Positions 40,516-51,478 of a DNA stretch of 64,000 nucleotides are shown piece after piece. How positions within the stretch are numbered: the first letter of the stretch is position 1; each line of letters starts with the position of its first letter. A program made the position numbers and the translations under genes. Below the pieces are notes generated by a model that ran no database searches, was not told the origin of the DNA, and saw nothing but the letters and a program-made list of their open reading frames with translations. This stretch comes from Octopus vulgaris (lineage: Eukaryota), in NCBI GenBank assembly GCA_951406725.2, contig OX597814.1, positions 107,198,001 through 107,262,000 on the forward strand, in the 5' to 3' direction.

Positions 40516-41004
40516 TAAAAAGAACCCATACCAGTACTGCATGAGTGAATGCAGTACACTGTGTAAAGTGGTTGGTGTTAGGAAGGGCAGAGAGCTATAG
40601 AAGCCATGCCAAAACAGATGTGGAGCCTGAGCTGGTCTTCAGCTGGCCAGCTCCGGTCAAACCGTCCAACCCATGCCAGCATGGAAAACGGATGTTAAAT
40701 GATGATGATGATGATTTTCTTTATGTAATACATTGAATTCTAATCAACTTTCATCATTACCATTTAAAGTCTGTTTTCTGTATCAGTTGGATTGTTTGGC
40801 AAGCACCAATGGCTAGAGGATTGTACCAATCTCCAAGATTTGTTTTGGCATTGTTTGTACAGTTGGACATCCTTCCTAACATCAGCCACTTTAGAGTGTG
40901 CTAGAGGCTTTTTACATGGCACCAAGTAATTTGTAAGACAAGACCCCTCAACTTGGCTTCTGTCAAACCATCCAAATTATGCCAATGTGGAAAATGGACA
41001 TTAA

Positions 41005-41225
41005 CCCTTTCATTACCAACCTGGCTGAAACTGTCTCTGGCTCTGTAGTACAAATGCCTTCTTTTCAAAAGTTCAGAATTAAAATCTTCCACTAAACCTT
41101 AGTCACAATTTATGTTCCTAACACTAGCTGAATGATAACTAAGTTATTTTATTAAATTCTTTGTTATATTTAAAGTAATTGAAAGAAATACAGAGCATCT
41201 CAAAATAAATACAGTGATGAAAGGG
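41005..41225. mobile_element. piggyBac-type MITE inserted in a LINE tail
   Basis: TTAA|CCCTTTCATTAC...GTGATGAAAGGG|TTAA. Removing it restores the RTE tail ggacattaaatggtgatgatg. An older reverse-orientation relative lies at about 2022-2243. Confidence 0.88.
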
Positions 41226-41306
41226 TTAAATGGTGATGATGAAAATAAACTAGAACTCAATTCCATCCACAGTGCATTGATCAATCAAATACCAAGCTAA
41301 AAGACA

Positions 41307-41464
41307 CTTTCTATTTTCTCTCCCTGTTTATTTTTGTGTTCCTTTCTATTGAAGAGCGTAGGCTTGAAATGTAAAAAACTTTCTCACTTCCTGAGCATTA
41401 AACTAATACATCTGCTTGTTGTTTACACACCCATCTTCATCTTTTGTTTTCTTTGTAAATTCTC
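41307..41464 (+). mobile_element. Short insertion with an 11-bp TSD and a degenerate hammerhead-like motif (possible Penelope pLTR remnant); relative at about 34390-34505(-)
   Basis: TSD GCTAAAAGACA at 41296-306 and 41465-475. Internal ctattgaa-GAGC-gtag-GCTT-GAAAtgta. Confidence 0.5.
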
Positions 41465-42344
41465 GCTAAAAGACATTTAGCCAGGATGCCTTGCAGTCAA
41501 ATTGAACCTGAAAACACATGACTACTTAACAGACTTCTCAACTACACATCCAGGTTCATTCCCACGCAACTAACATATTCACTGGTTAAACTGATTTTAA
41601 TTATTTTTCAGTATTGATTCTCAATACAAAAATTTTGAAATGACAACAAATATTTGTCTGAAATAGTGATTAAGTACATTGTCAATTTAGATTGTTTTTA
41701 AAGTTAACAATCTATGAAACCCATGGTCACAGATGGGAAACTACTGTCATAGGATGTCAATATGAAGAAGAAGGCAGGGGCTGGGGTGCATTTTTTTTTT
41801 TTTCAAGGTACTGAATTCAATTTGCTATGGCCATGGTTGCTTAAAATTTAACTCTAAAATAATCTGTTTATATTGATTCATGATATTCAATAGTGTCTAC
41901 ATTAATGTAATGATTCCTGTGGGTGGAAATGAATGATAGCCCCCACAACAAATCCAGATGTTAACAGACAAGCATGGTGACAGGGACAATTTCTATGATG
42001 CAATGAAGAATAGTTTTGCATCAGGTGTGACTGTGTGATTAAGAAGTTTGCTTCACAACCATTGGTCTTGGGTTCAATTTCAGTGTGGCACTTGGGCAAG
42101 TGTCTTTTGTTATATAGCTCTGGGCCGATCAATACCTTTTGATTAACCCATTAAGTCCCAGGGTACTTAAATTTCTGAATATTGCTTTAAAATTTTTAAA
42201 GATGATTGAAAATAGGTTAAAATGAAAAAAATAATTATTAAAATTATGATGGTGATGATGATGTTGATATTTTTTTTTTCTTTGTGTCTGGAGAAAGTGG
42301 CAGGATCCATGGTATTTGTGGCCCTCCAAATTTGCGATCTTATG

Positions 42345-42600
42345 TCATTGTTTTGTTTAAACTGTTGGAGGTCAATGTCTGCAGGGAAGAGGAGATTCCA
42401 GAGGGGTGATGTTCTAGGTGAAACAGGACTGGGTGTTGTGGTTAGTGTGCAGCCTTGGTGGGTAGAGGTGGGCACAACAAGAGCAATGAAATGTGGCAAG
42501 GTAAATAGGTCAGAAGTGACCTGACTGGAGGAAGTACAAGACCAGTTGCATTTAAGGACCATTCTATATAATTTAGACGACACTGAATTATAAAGTGGCA
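42345..42600 (-). mobile_element. CR1/L2-group (Crack/Daphne-like) LINE C-terminal relic
   Basis: PRTSPLWNLLFPADIDLQQFKQN resembles the PRTxxLWNxLPxxxFPxxxxLQxFK C-terminal motif. Confidence 0.55.
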
Positions 42601-43395
42601 TGGGGGACTCCCTCGTTTATCATCTTTGTTCCATGCTGGCATGGGTTGGATGGTTTGTTAGGATCCAGCTAGAATGAGGGCTCAGTTAGTCTCCAATGTC
42701 TCTTTCGCTATGGTTTCTATGACTGGATGCCCTTCCTAGTGCCAGCCACTTCCCAGAGTATACTTTCTTTTACTTGTTTCTGTCAGTTGACTGTGGCCAT
42801 ACTGGAGCACCTCCTTTGATCAAACAAATCGACTTATTCTTTGTAAGCCTAGTACTTATTCTATCAGTCTCTTTTGCCATACTGCTAAATTATGGAGATG
42901 TAAACACACTAACATCGGTTGTCAAGCAATGGAGTGGGACATACATACACACACACACACACACATATGATGGGCTTTTCTCAGTTTCCATCTGCCAAAT
43001 CCACTCACAAGGCTTTGATTGGCCTGAGATTATAGTAGAAGACACTTGCCCTAAGTGCCACGCAGTGGGACTGAACCTGGAACTATGTGGTTGGGAAGCA
43101 AGCTTCTTACCACATAGCCATGCCTCCACCTAGATACTGGATACTTTTTTTCTTTTTGTGACCCCACCACTATTTGGGACACCAAATAACAGACAAGATC
43201 CCAAGAAACATTTACCTGAATTTAATCTTCAGAGAATTATGCATAAAAATATAAGCACAAAATTTACATGATGGGATTATTTTGATGGCAGCACTGGTTT
43301 GTCGTCTCTTTGGTAACAACTTGACAGTATCTTTTTCATCATTATTTTTTCATTTTTATTTAACGCAACCAAAACCAGTTGGCTACTGTAAAGTT

Positions 43396-43644
43396 AGCAA
43401 AGATTGTTTGTCAACATAACATGGCAGTCCTGGTTTAGGATGAATTTTGCTTTAATTTAACCCCAGGAGACATCGTCTCCAGCTAGCTATACAACACAAT
43501 CTGTGTCTTTATATTTATTTATTTTTTATAAGGACACAAATTGTGTTGTATAGCCAGCTGGAGACGATGTTTCCTGGGGCTAAATTACAGCAACATTCGT
43601 CCTAAACCAGGACTGCCATGTTATGTTGGCAAACAATCTTTACT
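43396..43644. repeat. Fold-back/MITE-like hairpin, about 115-bp arms
   Basis: aaagattgtttgtcaacataacatggcagtcctggtttagga...catcgtctccagct...tgtgtc pairs with gacaca...agctggagacgatg...tcctaaaccaggactgccatgttatgttggcaaacaatcttt. Confidence 0.88.
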
Positions 43645-44483
43645 CCAAAGTACTGATGTTGAATATCTCTTGTTGTGAGATTTAAAAATAGTAATTTTCT
43701 AATTTACAGTAAAGTTGTTCATGAGATCTTGTGTTCTGAAACTATTGCCCTATAAAACTCCTTTTTCTAAGCATTTAAAAATTAACCTTCAACTCTTGAA
43801 GTTTACCTTTTAAATCCCTAAAGCTGACATTAACTCTACTGTTCAGATCAGAGTTGGCAATAAGGCTATTTTCTCTGTCCTTCAGACCAAAGTGACCTAT
43901 TAACATCACATCTTATCTCTTTAGTAAGAGATCTATTATTGTCAGTGTTCTTTTTCCTTCCAGTCAAAGTGACCTACAAAGACAACTTCTTATCTCTCTG
44001 ATAATGCAACTATTTAAACTTACTTTTTTTTTCTTCTCCCTACACTGACCTACTGCCACCATTTTTTCTTTCTCTGACCTGCCGGTTATCAAAACCTTGA
44101 GGAATTAACAAGAGAAGATTTTTGTTCATTTTATGTCAGTTTTGTACCAATCATTCATTGTCTTGTGGCTTTGAGATTCCAATAATGTGATTGTTTTTGG
44201 AATGACAATGTATGGTAGGTGTGACAGGCCAGATCTGGGCCACTTTGAACATAAAACACATGGAATACTCAGGCCAGACATGGCCTGTTTAACTGCTAAA
44301 GGATTAATATTATTTGAAGCATGTTTTTTACAGCTGAATGCTCTTCCTGGCACTAACCCTTACCCATTTTTTAAATATGGGATCTGTTATTCCACAAGGC
44401 TTTGAAGGCATTAAATGCCTAAATAATTTGTTAGCACAAGTTAACACCACTACCCTCTGCCCTTGCATACAAATAAACACATG

Positions 44484-45800
44484 CACTCACTCACTCACTC
44501 TCTTACTCTCACTCTCACTCTCTCTCTCTATCACTATCTCTCTATCACTATCTCTCTATCACTATCTCTCTCTATCACTATCTCTCTCTATCACTATCTC
44601 TCTCTATCACTATCTCTCTCTATCACTATCTCTCTCACTCACGCTCTCTCACTCACGCTCTCTCACTCACGCTCTCTCACTCACGCTCTCTCACTCACGC
44701 TCTCTCACTCACGCTCTCTCACTCACGCTCTCTCACTCACGCTCTCTCACTCACGCTCTCTCACTCACGCTCTCTCACTCACGCTCTCACTCACGCTCTC
44801 TCTCTCACTCACGCTCTCTCACTCACGCTCTCTCACTCACGCTCTCTCACTCACTCTCACTCACTCACTCTCTCTCACTCACTCTCTCTCACTCACTCTC
44901 TCTCACTCACTCTCTCTCACTCACTCTCTCACTCACTCTCTCTCACTCACTCTCTCTCACTCTTACTCTCTCTCACTCACTCACTCTTACTCTCTCTCAC
45001 TCACTCTTACTCTCTCACTCACTCTTACTCTCTCTCACTCACTCTTACTCTCTCTCACTCACTCTTTCACTCTCTCTCACTCTTACTCTCTCTTACTCTC
45101 TCTCACTCTTACTCTCTCTCACTTTTACTCTCTCTCACTTTTACTCTCTCTCACTTTTACTCTCTCTCACTTTTACTCTCTCTCACTTTTACTCTCTCTC
45201 ACTTTTACTCTCTCTCACTCTTACTCTCTCTCACTCTCTCACTCTTACTCACTCACTCATCACTCTCTCACTCTCTGTCTCTCACACTCTGTCTCTCACA
45301 CTCTGTCTCTCACACTCTGTCTCTCACACTCTGTCTCTCACACTCTGTCTCTCACACTCTGTCTCTCACACTCTGTCTCTCACACTCTGTCTCTCACACT
45401 CTGTCTCTCACACTCTGTCTCTCACACTCTGTCTCTCACACTCTGTCTCTCACACTCTGTCTCTCTCACTCTGTCTCTCACACTCTGTCTCTCTCACTCT
45501 GTCTCTCACCCTCTGTCTCTCACCCTCTGTCTCTCTCACTCTGTCTCTCTCACTCTGTCTCTCTCACTCACTCTGTCTCTCTCTCTCACTCACTCTGTCT
45601 CTCTCACTCACTCTCTCTCTCACTCACTCTCTCTCTCTCTCACTCTCTCTCTCTCTCACTCACTCACTCACTCTCTCACTCACTCACTCTCTCACTCACT
45701 CACTCTCTCACCCTCTTACTCTCTCTATCACTCTCTTACTCTCTCTCTCTCTCTACTCTCTCTCTCTCTCACTCACTCATGCACACACACACACACACAC
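44484..45800. repeat. 1.3-kb compound pyrimidine-rich (CT/CACT) satellite
   Basis: Successive blocks with units ctatcactatctct, ctcacgctctctca, cttttactctctctca and ctctgtctctcaca. Confidence 0.95.
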
Positions 45801-46576
45801 AATGGGCTCCTTTTATTTTCTTGTCTACCAAATCCATTCTGAAGATTTTGCTCATCCTGCAACTATACTTTGAAGATACTTACCTAAGATGCCACACAGA
45901 AGACTTGAACCCACAATCTCATTGTTAGGAAGCAAAAACTTTCCTTCCTTGAAATATTTCTGTTGCAGGTGTTGTGATTTCTATTTAAAGACCTGTGGAT
46001 GAAACTAACAGAATTGGTTAAATCAACACGAAATTTTCTTGTTTTTTTTTTTCTCTTGAAGGAATAAAAATATTTCTAGAATATTTTCTTTGTTTTCTAA
46101 CAAAGAAAATTATTTTTAGTTTTTAAATTTTGAGATTTTTTTTAAAGAATGTTTTCATTAATTTAATGTCATTTTAATTTCCATAGAATGAACAATGGCT
46201 TCTTTCCGGCGCCATTTGTTGAATTCCAGAATGGTACTTTGTATTTTCAGGAATTGTCATTTGCATAAAAGACACTGTTTATAAAGGAACACAGAAATTC
46301 CAGTCTAACAATGGCACTTGTGAAAGAAGCATTTTTGGAGTCTAAGAATTCTCAGTCTTTGATAATATTTGGTGCTTGGACAGTTGTCTTGTAGTTAAAA
46401 TACTAAAACTAAGAATTGAAAAAAAATATCTTAGATCAGAAAATTAAAATCTTATATGGAAAAGTTAGCGCCATAGACAAGACACATTTAGAATCTTTTG
46501 TTGAAACGCATTTTTGAGATGAAAATAACTTTGTCTGTGGATTTTAGTAAGCCACATTTTTGGGAAATAATTCTTC

Positions 46577-47858
46577 ATCATTGTTTAACATCTACTTTTC
46601 ATGCTGGCATGGGTTGGATGGTTTGAGATGGAGCTGGAAGCTGTCCAGACTCAGATTGTCTGTTTTGGTATGGTTACTGCGGTTGGATGTCCTTCCTAAC
46701 ACCAACCATTTAACAGGGTCTGCTGGGCGATTTTTTACATGTCACTGGCACAGGTGGGTTTATGCAGCACCAGCATGTGTGTGTCTACACAGCGCTGGCA
46801 TGGGTGCTTTTTGTGTGTCACTGGCACCTGATAGGACAAGCCTCTATGTGTGGAAAACAGCAATTTTTACTTAGCTTGCCGTTTCTTAATCAAGTACAGC
46901 AAGTTGCCTCATCTCCCAGTCTTGTCATTTCCTCAATGAGGCCCAGCATCTGAAGTTCCTTCCTCACCACTTTGTCCCATGTCTTCCTGGGTCTACTCCT
47001 TCCACAAGTACCCTCCACAATTAGTTTGGTACTCCTTTATGCAGCTGTCCTCATCCATATGCATCACATGACCAAACCAGCACAGTCATCTCTCTTGCAC
47101 ATATCTAATGCCTCTCGTACTCAGTTTTCCGTTTAAATCATTTACACTTTGTTGTGTGTGTGTGTGCACACTGACATTACCCATCCAGCAGAGTATGCTA
47201 GCTTCATTTCTTTCAAGCCTTCACAAGTCCTCTGTAGTCAAATCTCATGTTTCACTGCCATGTAGCATAGCTGTACATACACAGGCATCATACAATCTGC
47301 CTTTCATTCTGAGGAATAGGCTCTTAGTTACCAACAAAGTTAGATCTCTGAACTTTGCCCAGCCTGTTCTTATTCTAGCACCTATACTTTCCAAGCTTCC
47401 TCCACCACTGATAACTTGGTCTCCTACGTAACAGAAGCTGTCTACTGCTTCTAATGGTCTCCACCAAGCATTTGAGGGAGTCTGTTGTCTGTGTACTTTT
47501 AGTGCATATTTTAGTGCATATTTGCCACACACAAACACTATTTTTCTCAATTAACCTTCCTGTGATACTGCTACACCTCTTATGTGTCCAAAGTTTGTAC
47601 TTTGTCCAGTGTATGGAGTTTCTACCAACTAATTGAGCAGAGCCCAGAATGGTCTTGTGATTTGTCTGTTTTCCTATTTACTTGGACTTTGATTTTTGCT
47701 ACATTGTCTCTTAGGTCCTTAGAATCCAGGCCTTGTTTCCACACCGGAAATTTCTTTTCTAGGTCAGGTAGTGATTCACCTATAAGAACAAGGTCATCAG
47801 CTTAGAGGGCCTCCTAGGGACAGCCAGATTTGAATTTCTTTGTTCCAGCCTGGAAGAC
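46577..47858 (-). mobile_element. Degenerate copy of the same RTE LINE, reaching the RT active site
   Basis: The minus strand reads SGCP*EAL*ADDLVLIGES...VWKQGLDSK (YADD mutated), WTHKRC, FCYVGDQVISGGG, GWAKFRDL and LYDACVCTAMLHGSET, then a decayed UTR and tail. Confidence 0.88.
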
Positions 47859-48134
47859 TCTAGGATAATTTTATAAACAGTATTAAAAATAGGAATTCCA
47901 GAAGGCTTTAGGGAGCACAAAATGTCAGGTGGACTGTTATTATAATGCTGGCTTGTTATTGCAATAACACTGGTCTTCCATCACAATGGCTGGTGCTGGG
48001 CCCACCATCACAATAATGCTGACTCTGCCATTGAAATAATACCAAGATTCTTTAGTTTGTTTGTTCAAAGCTGTTTAATCTTTCTGTTTATTTAGTTCAT
48101 CTTCAGCTCCTTTTTTTTTTTTGTTCTTTTCTAG

Positions 48135-48264
48135 TGGTGTCAACTTTCTGGACTTGGTGCTGCGCCAAGGTGTAATCGACAATCCCCCTAAGACTCCTGT
48201 AATCATGGGTTATGAATGTGCCGGAGTCATTGAAGCAATTGGAGAAAAAGTTGAAGGAATAAAT
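48135..48264 (+). CDS. VAT1L: Internal coding exon of a synaptic vesicle membrane protein VAT-1 homolog-like gene (MDR/quinone oxidoreductase family)
   Basis: Long polypyrimidine tract ending ttttctAG, then a 130-nt exon (1 nt + 43 codons), then GTAAGT. It translates (C)GVNFLDLVLRQGVIDNPPKTPVIMGYECAGVIEAIGEKVEGIN, closely matching the recalled VAT1L segment CGLNFIDLMVRQGNIDNPPKTPLVPGFECSGIVEALG. It is not in the ORF track. Neighbouring exons were not found in the window. Confidence 0.9.
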
Positions 48265-50461
48265 GTAAGTATTTAGAAATTCTGAACCTCTTCACTTTTA
48301 TTATTTTCTGCTTAGTTTTCTGACTTGTACCAAACTATATTTGTAAGAATAAGGGTTAAAATTAAACTGCAAATGGTAGATTCTCTGCAGCACAAAATTA
48401 GTAAGTTATGTTATAAACAGCAGGTGCTCTGTGGTGCATTTAAGTAATGTAAGTCTCCCGATAAATTGTGATCTGGTATGAGTTCCATCTGTTGCTTTTT
48501 ACCTTTCCCAAATTGATGCTTTCACCATATTCTTAATGTTACACTAATAAGAATTTGTTTGAATAAGTTAGAGGTATTCTTTGCTATTCTTTGAAATGTA
48601 AAACCGTCTAGAACAGGAATTGAAGAACTAAAGACTAATGTTCAGTAAATTCTTCTATTATTTCCAACTCTTTTATTGTCATCTTTTATTATGTTACCAT
48701 TGTGTTGTTCTGTTGTGATGTTGCTGTAATTCCCTGCCCCCCCCCTCCAACACACACTTGATTCTGTGCGTTGTCAGATTAGATCAGTATTTTGTCTTTT
48801 AACACAAACTAATTCGGGTCTTACTTTCAAACAGTCACAGCTTTTATTTTTCTTCTTTTTATTCAATATTTCTTTATATTGACGACTCCTAATATTAAGT
48901 ACCTAAATGTTTGATGTTATTCAACCATAACCGAGTTAACCTATTGTTTTGTTATGTACTACGCAGTTTTAATTCGAGAAATAAGATCACCTGAAAAATA
49001 AAGATTTTGGAGTACCTGCACTATTAGAATCTTTTATGAGCATTGTTGTGTGTTCTCGTTCAAGATAGATATCAGATCACCAAGAAATATTTTCTTTGAA
49101 GAATGGTGTCCTACTCAAATCTTATATTCCTTTGACACCATAAAACCCAATCAATGCAATGATCCTTAAAAGACTGACCAAACTTAGGAAGCAATTACAG
49201 ATCTATTTCAATTGATCCTGTTTTCTGATTACATTCATGTTCCCTAATAGAAAATCATCATCATCATCATCGTTTAACATCTGCTTTCCATGCTAGCATG
49301 GGTTGGACGGTTTTGACTGAGGTCTGGCAAACCAGACTCCAATCTGATCTGGCAGAGTTTTTACAGCTGGATGCCCTTCCTAACGCCAACCACTCCGAGA
49401 GTGTATTGGGTGCTTTTATGTGGCACAGGTGCCAGGCGAGGCTGGCAATGGCCACGATCGGTTGGTTCTTTTTACGTGCCACCGGCACGAGGGCCAGTTT
49501 GGTGGTACTGGCAATGGCCACGCCCAAACGGTACTTTTTATGTGCCAACTGCACAGGAGCCAGTCTAGCGGCACTGGCAATGACCTCGCTTGAATGTTTC
49601 ACGTGCCACCAGCATAAGTGCTAGTAAGGTGACGCAGTAACAATCACACTTGAATGGTGTGTTTAACATGCCATCAGCACGAAGGCCAGCTTGTTGCCTT
49701 GGCAATGATTTCACTCATATGGTACTCTTAGCGCTCCACTAGCAACAGATGCCAGTCACTAAGTTTGATTTCGACAAAAGTATTTGTATATTTAATAGCC
49801 AGGCAGAATTTAAACTCACAACCTCTATTTCTGCTGCAGGATTGCTTGGAAACCTTGGTAGACAAATGTATTCATTCACTAACTAAAGACTCTCCACTTT
49901 ATTCCAATGTCACCTTGAAAGGTGATATCTGCAAACATTTAGAATCCAGCCTCTCTACCATTCACATCTCTCATTTTCCTGGATTTCCCAAAGACTTCCA
50001 TGTTACTTATGCTCTCTTTTTCATTTCTTTATATTAATCTATTCTCCCTGCCACTCTCTGAACTCCTCCGACAACTCTTTCAAGTTTTCCATTAACATCA
50101 CTCCACCTCACTCTGAAGTATTCATTTCCCCTGACTTCACTGAGCACAAATCCTCTTAGCTCTTGTACTTCTTCCATACTGATGCCACTGACATTCACTG
50201 AATATTGGCCGATGGTGCTGTTTTGGGATGTCTGTTGGTGCAGTAATGGCACTATCCCAACTCTGATTGTAGCATCTACTGTAGTCCTGCCTGAACTTTA
50301 TGAAGATGGTAAACTAATATATTTTATGCAACAGTAACATATCTATTCATTCTTAATATGTTCCAGCAGATTTACGCATTGAATATGCTGATTGTTGTGT
50401 TTCATCTTTGGAGAACACTTCATCCTTTTACATGATGTGTTTTCAGAAGACATGTGATTCA

Positions 50462-51050
50462 TTGATGTGAGGGAGCTTTGAGACACCATGGTGTTTTGTC
50501 TATATTGTCTCCTCAGTCAAAGTTACCCCAGATCAATAAATTTAACAAGGTCACTAATTCCTATTTATAGAAATTAACAAGCACCTGATTTGCTGATATA
50601 AGGGGACTTTGAGACACCATGGTGTTTTGACTTTATTCTGTCTCATCAGACAAAGTTAGCCCAGATCAATGAATTTAACAAGATTACTAGTGCCTGTTTA
50701 TAGAAATCCATGAACATATAATTTGTTGATATATTTTGATGTCTGCCAAGAAGATCATTTACAGGTACATGCAGAACAGTAAGAATCAAAATGGTAGTGC
50801 ATCTATTCAGTCTCAATACATTTTAGTGGATTATGATGTGAATATGTCGAGTGCTATTGTATTTTGTTATTGGAGATCAACTCCTTTCAGATGAATCTGT
50901 GTTCACAACACATTCGGTTGATTTATGTGAGGAAACTTTGAGACACCAGTGTTTCAACCTTAATTATTTCTTCAGTCAAAACTACCCCAGACCAATGAAT
51001 CTATCAAGGGTCTTCTTTATAGAATTCAGTAAACAAATTATTTTCTGATG
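50462..51050 (+). repeat. Three diverged copies of a roughly 135-bp unit
   Basis: ctttgagacacca..gtgttt...cagtcaaagttaccccagatcaat.aattt..caagg...tttatagaa at about 50475, 50607 and 50936. Confidence 0.75.
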
Positions 51051-51152
51051 CCTGCTGATGTCAGCCGACAAATAATAAATTGTCTTGTGCATGATGAACA
51101 ACAAAAGTCAAAGCAGTTACCCACATAAGTCATTCTTAATAGATTCCAGTCA

Positions 51153-51478
51153 AGGCGTGTGGCTCAGTGGTTAGCATGGTCAGCACCTGTTCATAAGGTT
51201 GTGAGTTCTAGTCCCAGTAGGGCATTGCATCCTTGAGCAAGACACTTTACTTCATGTTGCTCCATGTCAACACAGCTGGAAAAAAATGAGTTGTACCTGT
51301 ATTTCAAAAGGCTGGGCTTGTCACATTCTGTGTCACGCTGAATTTCCCTGAGAACTACGTTAAGGGTACATGTGTCTGTGGAGTGCTCAGCCACTTGCTT
51401 GTTTAATTTCTTGAGTAAGCTGTTCTGTTGATCAGATCAACTGGAACCCTCGTCATCATAACTGACAGAGGGAGCCAG
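51153..51478 (+). mobile_element. tRNA-derived SINE sharing its 3' half with family C but with a different central domain; a related head and centre at about 26400-26580(-)
   Basis: Head gtggctcagtggttagc. Centre tccttgagcaagacactttac...cagctg..aaatgag. Matches 36007-36200 from gttgtacctgtatttcaaaagg onward. Confidence 0.75.

Noticed and set aside
44338-45873. 511-aa and 459-aa S/L/H/T-rich ORFs
   Set aside because: These are translations of a CT-rich satellite that cannot easily form stop codons. No domain or splice evidence.
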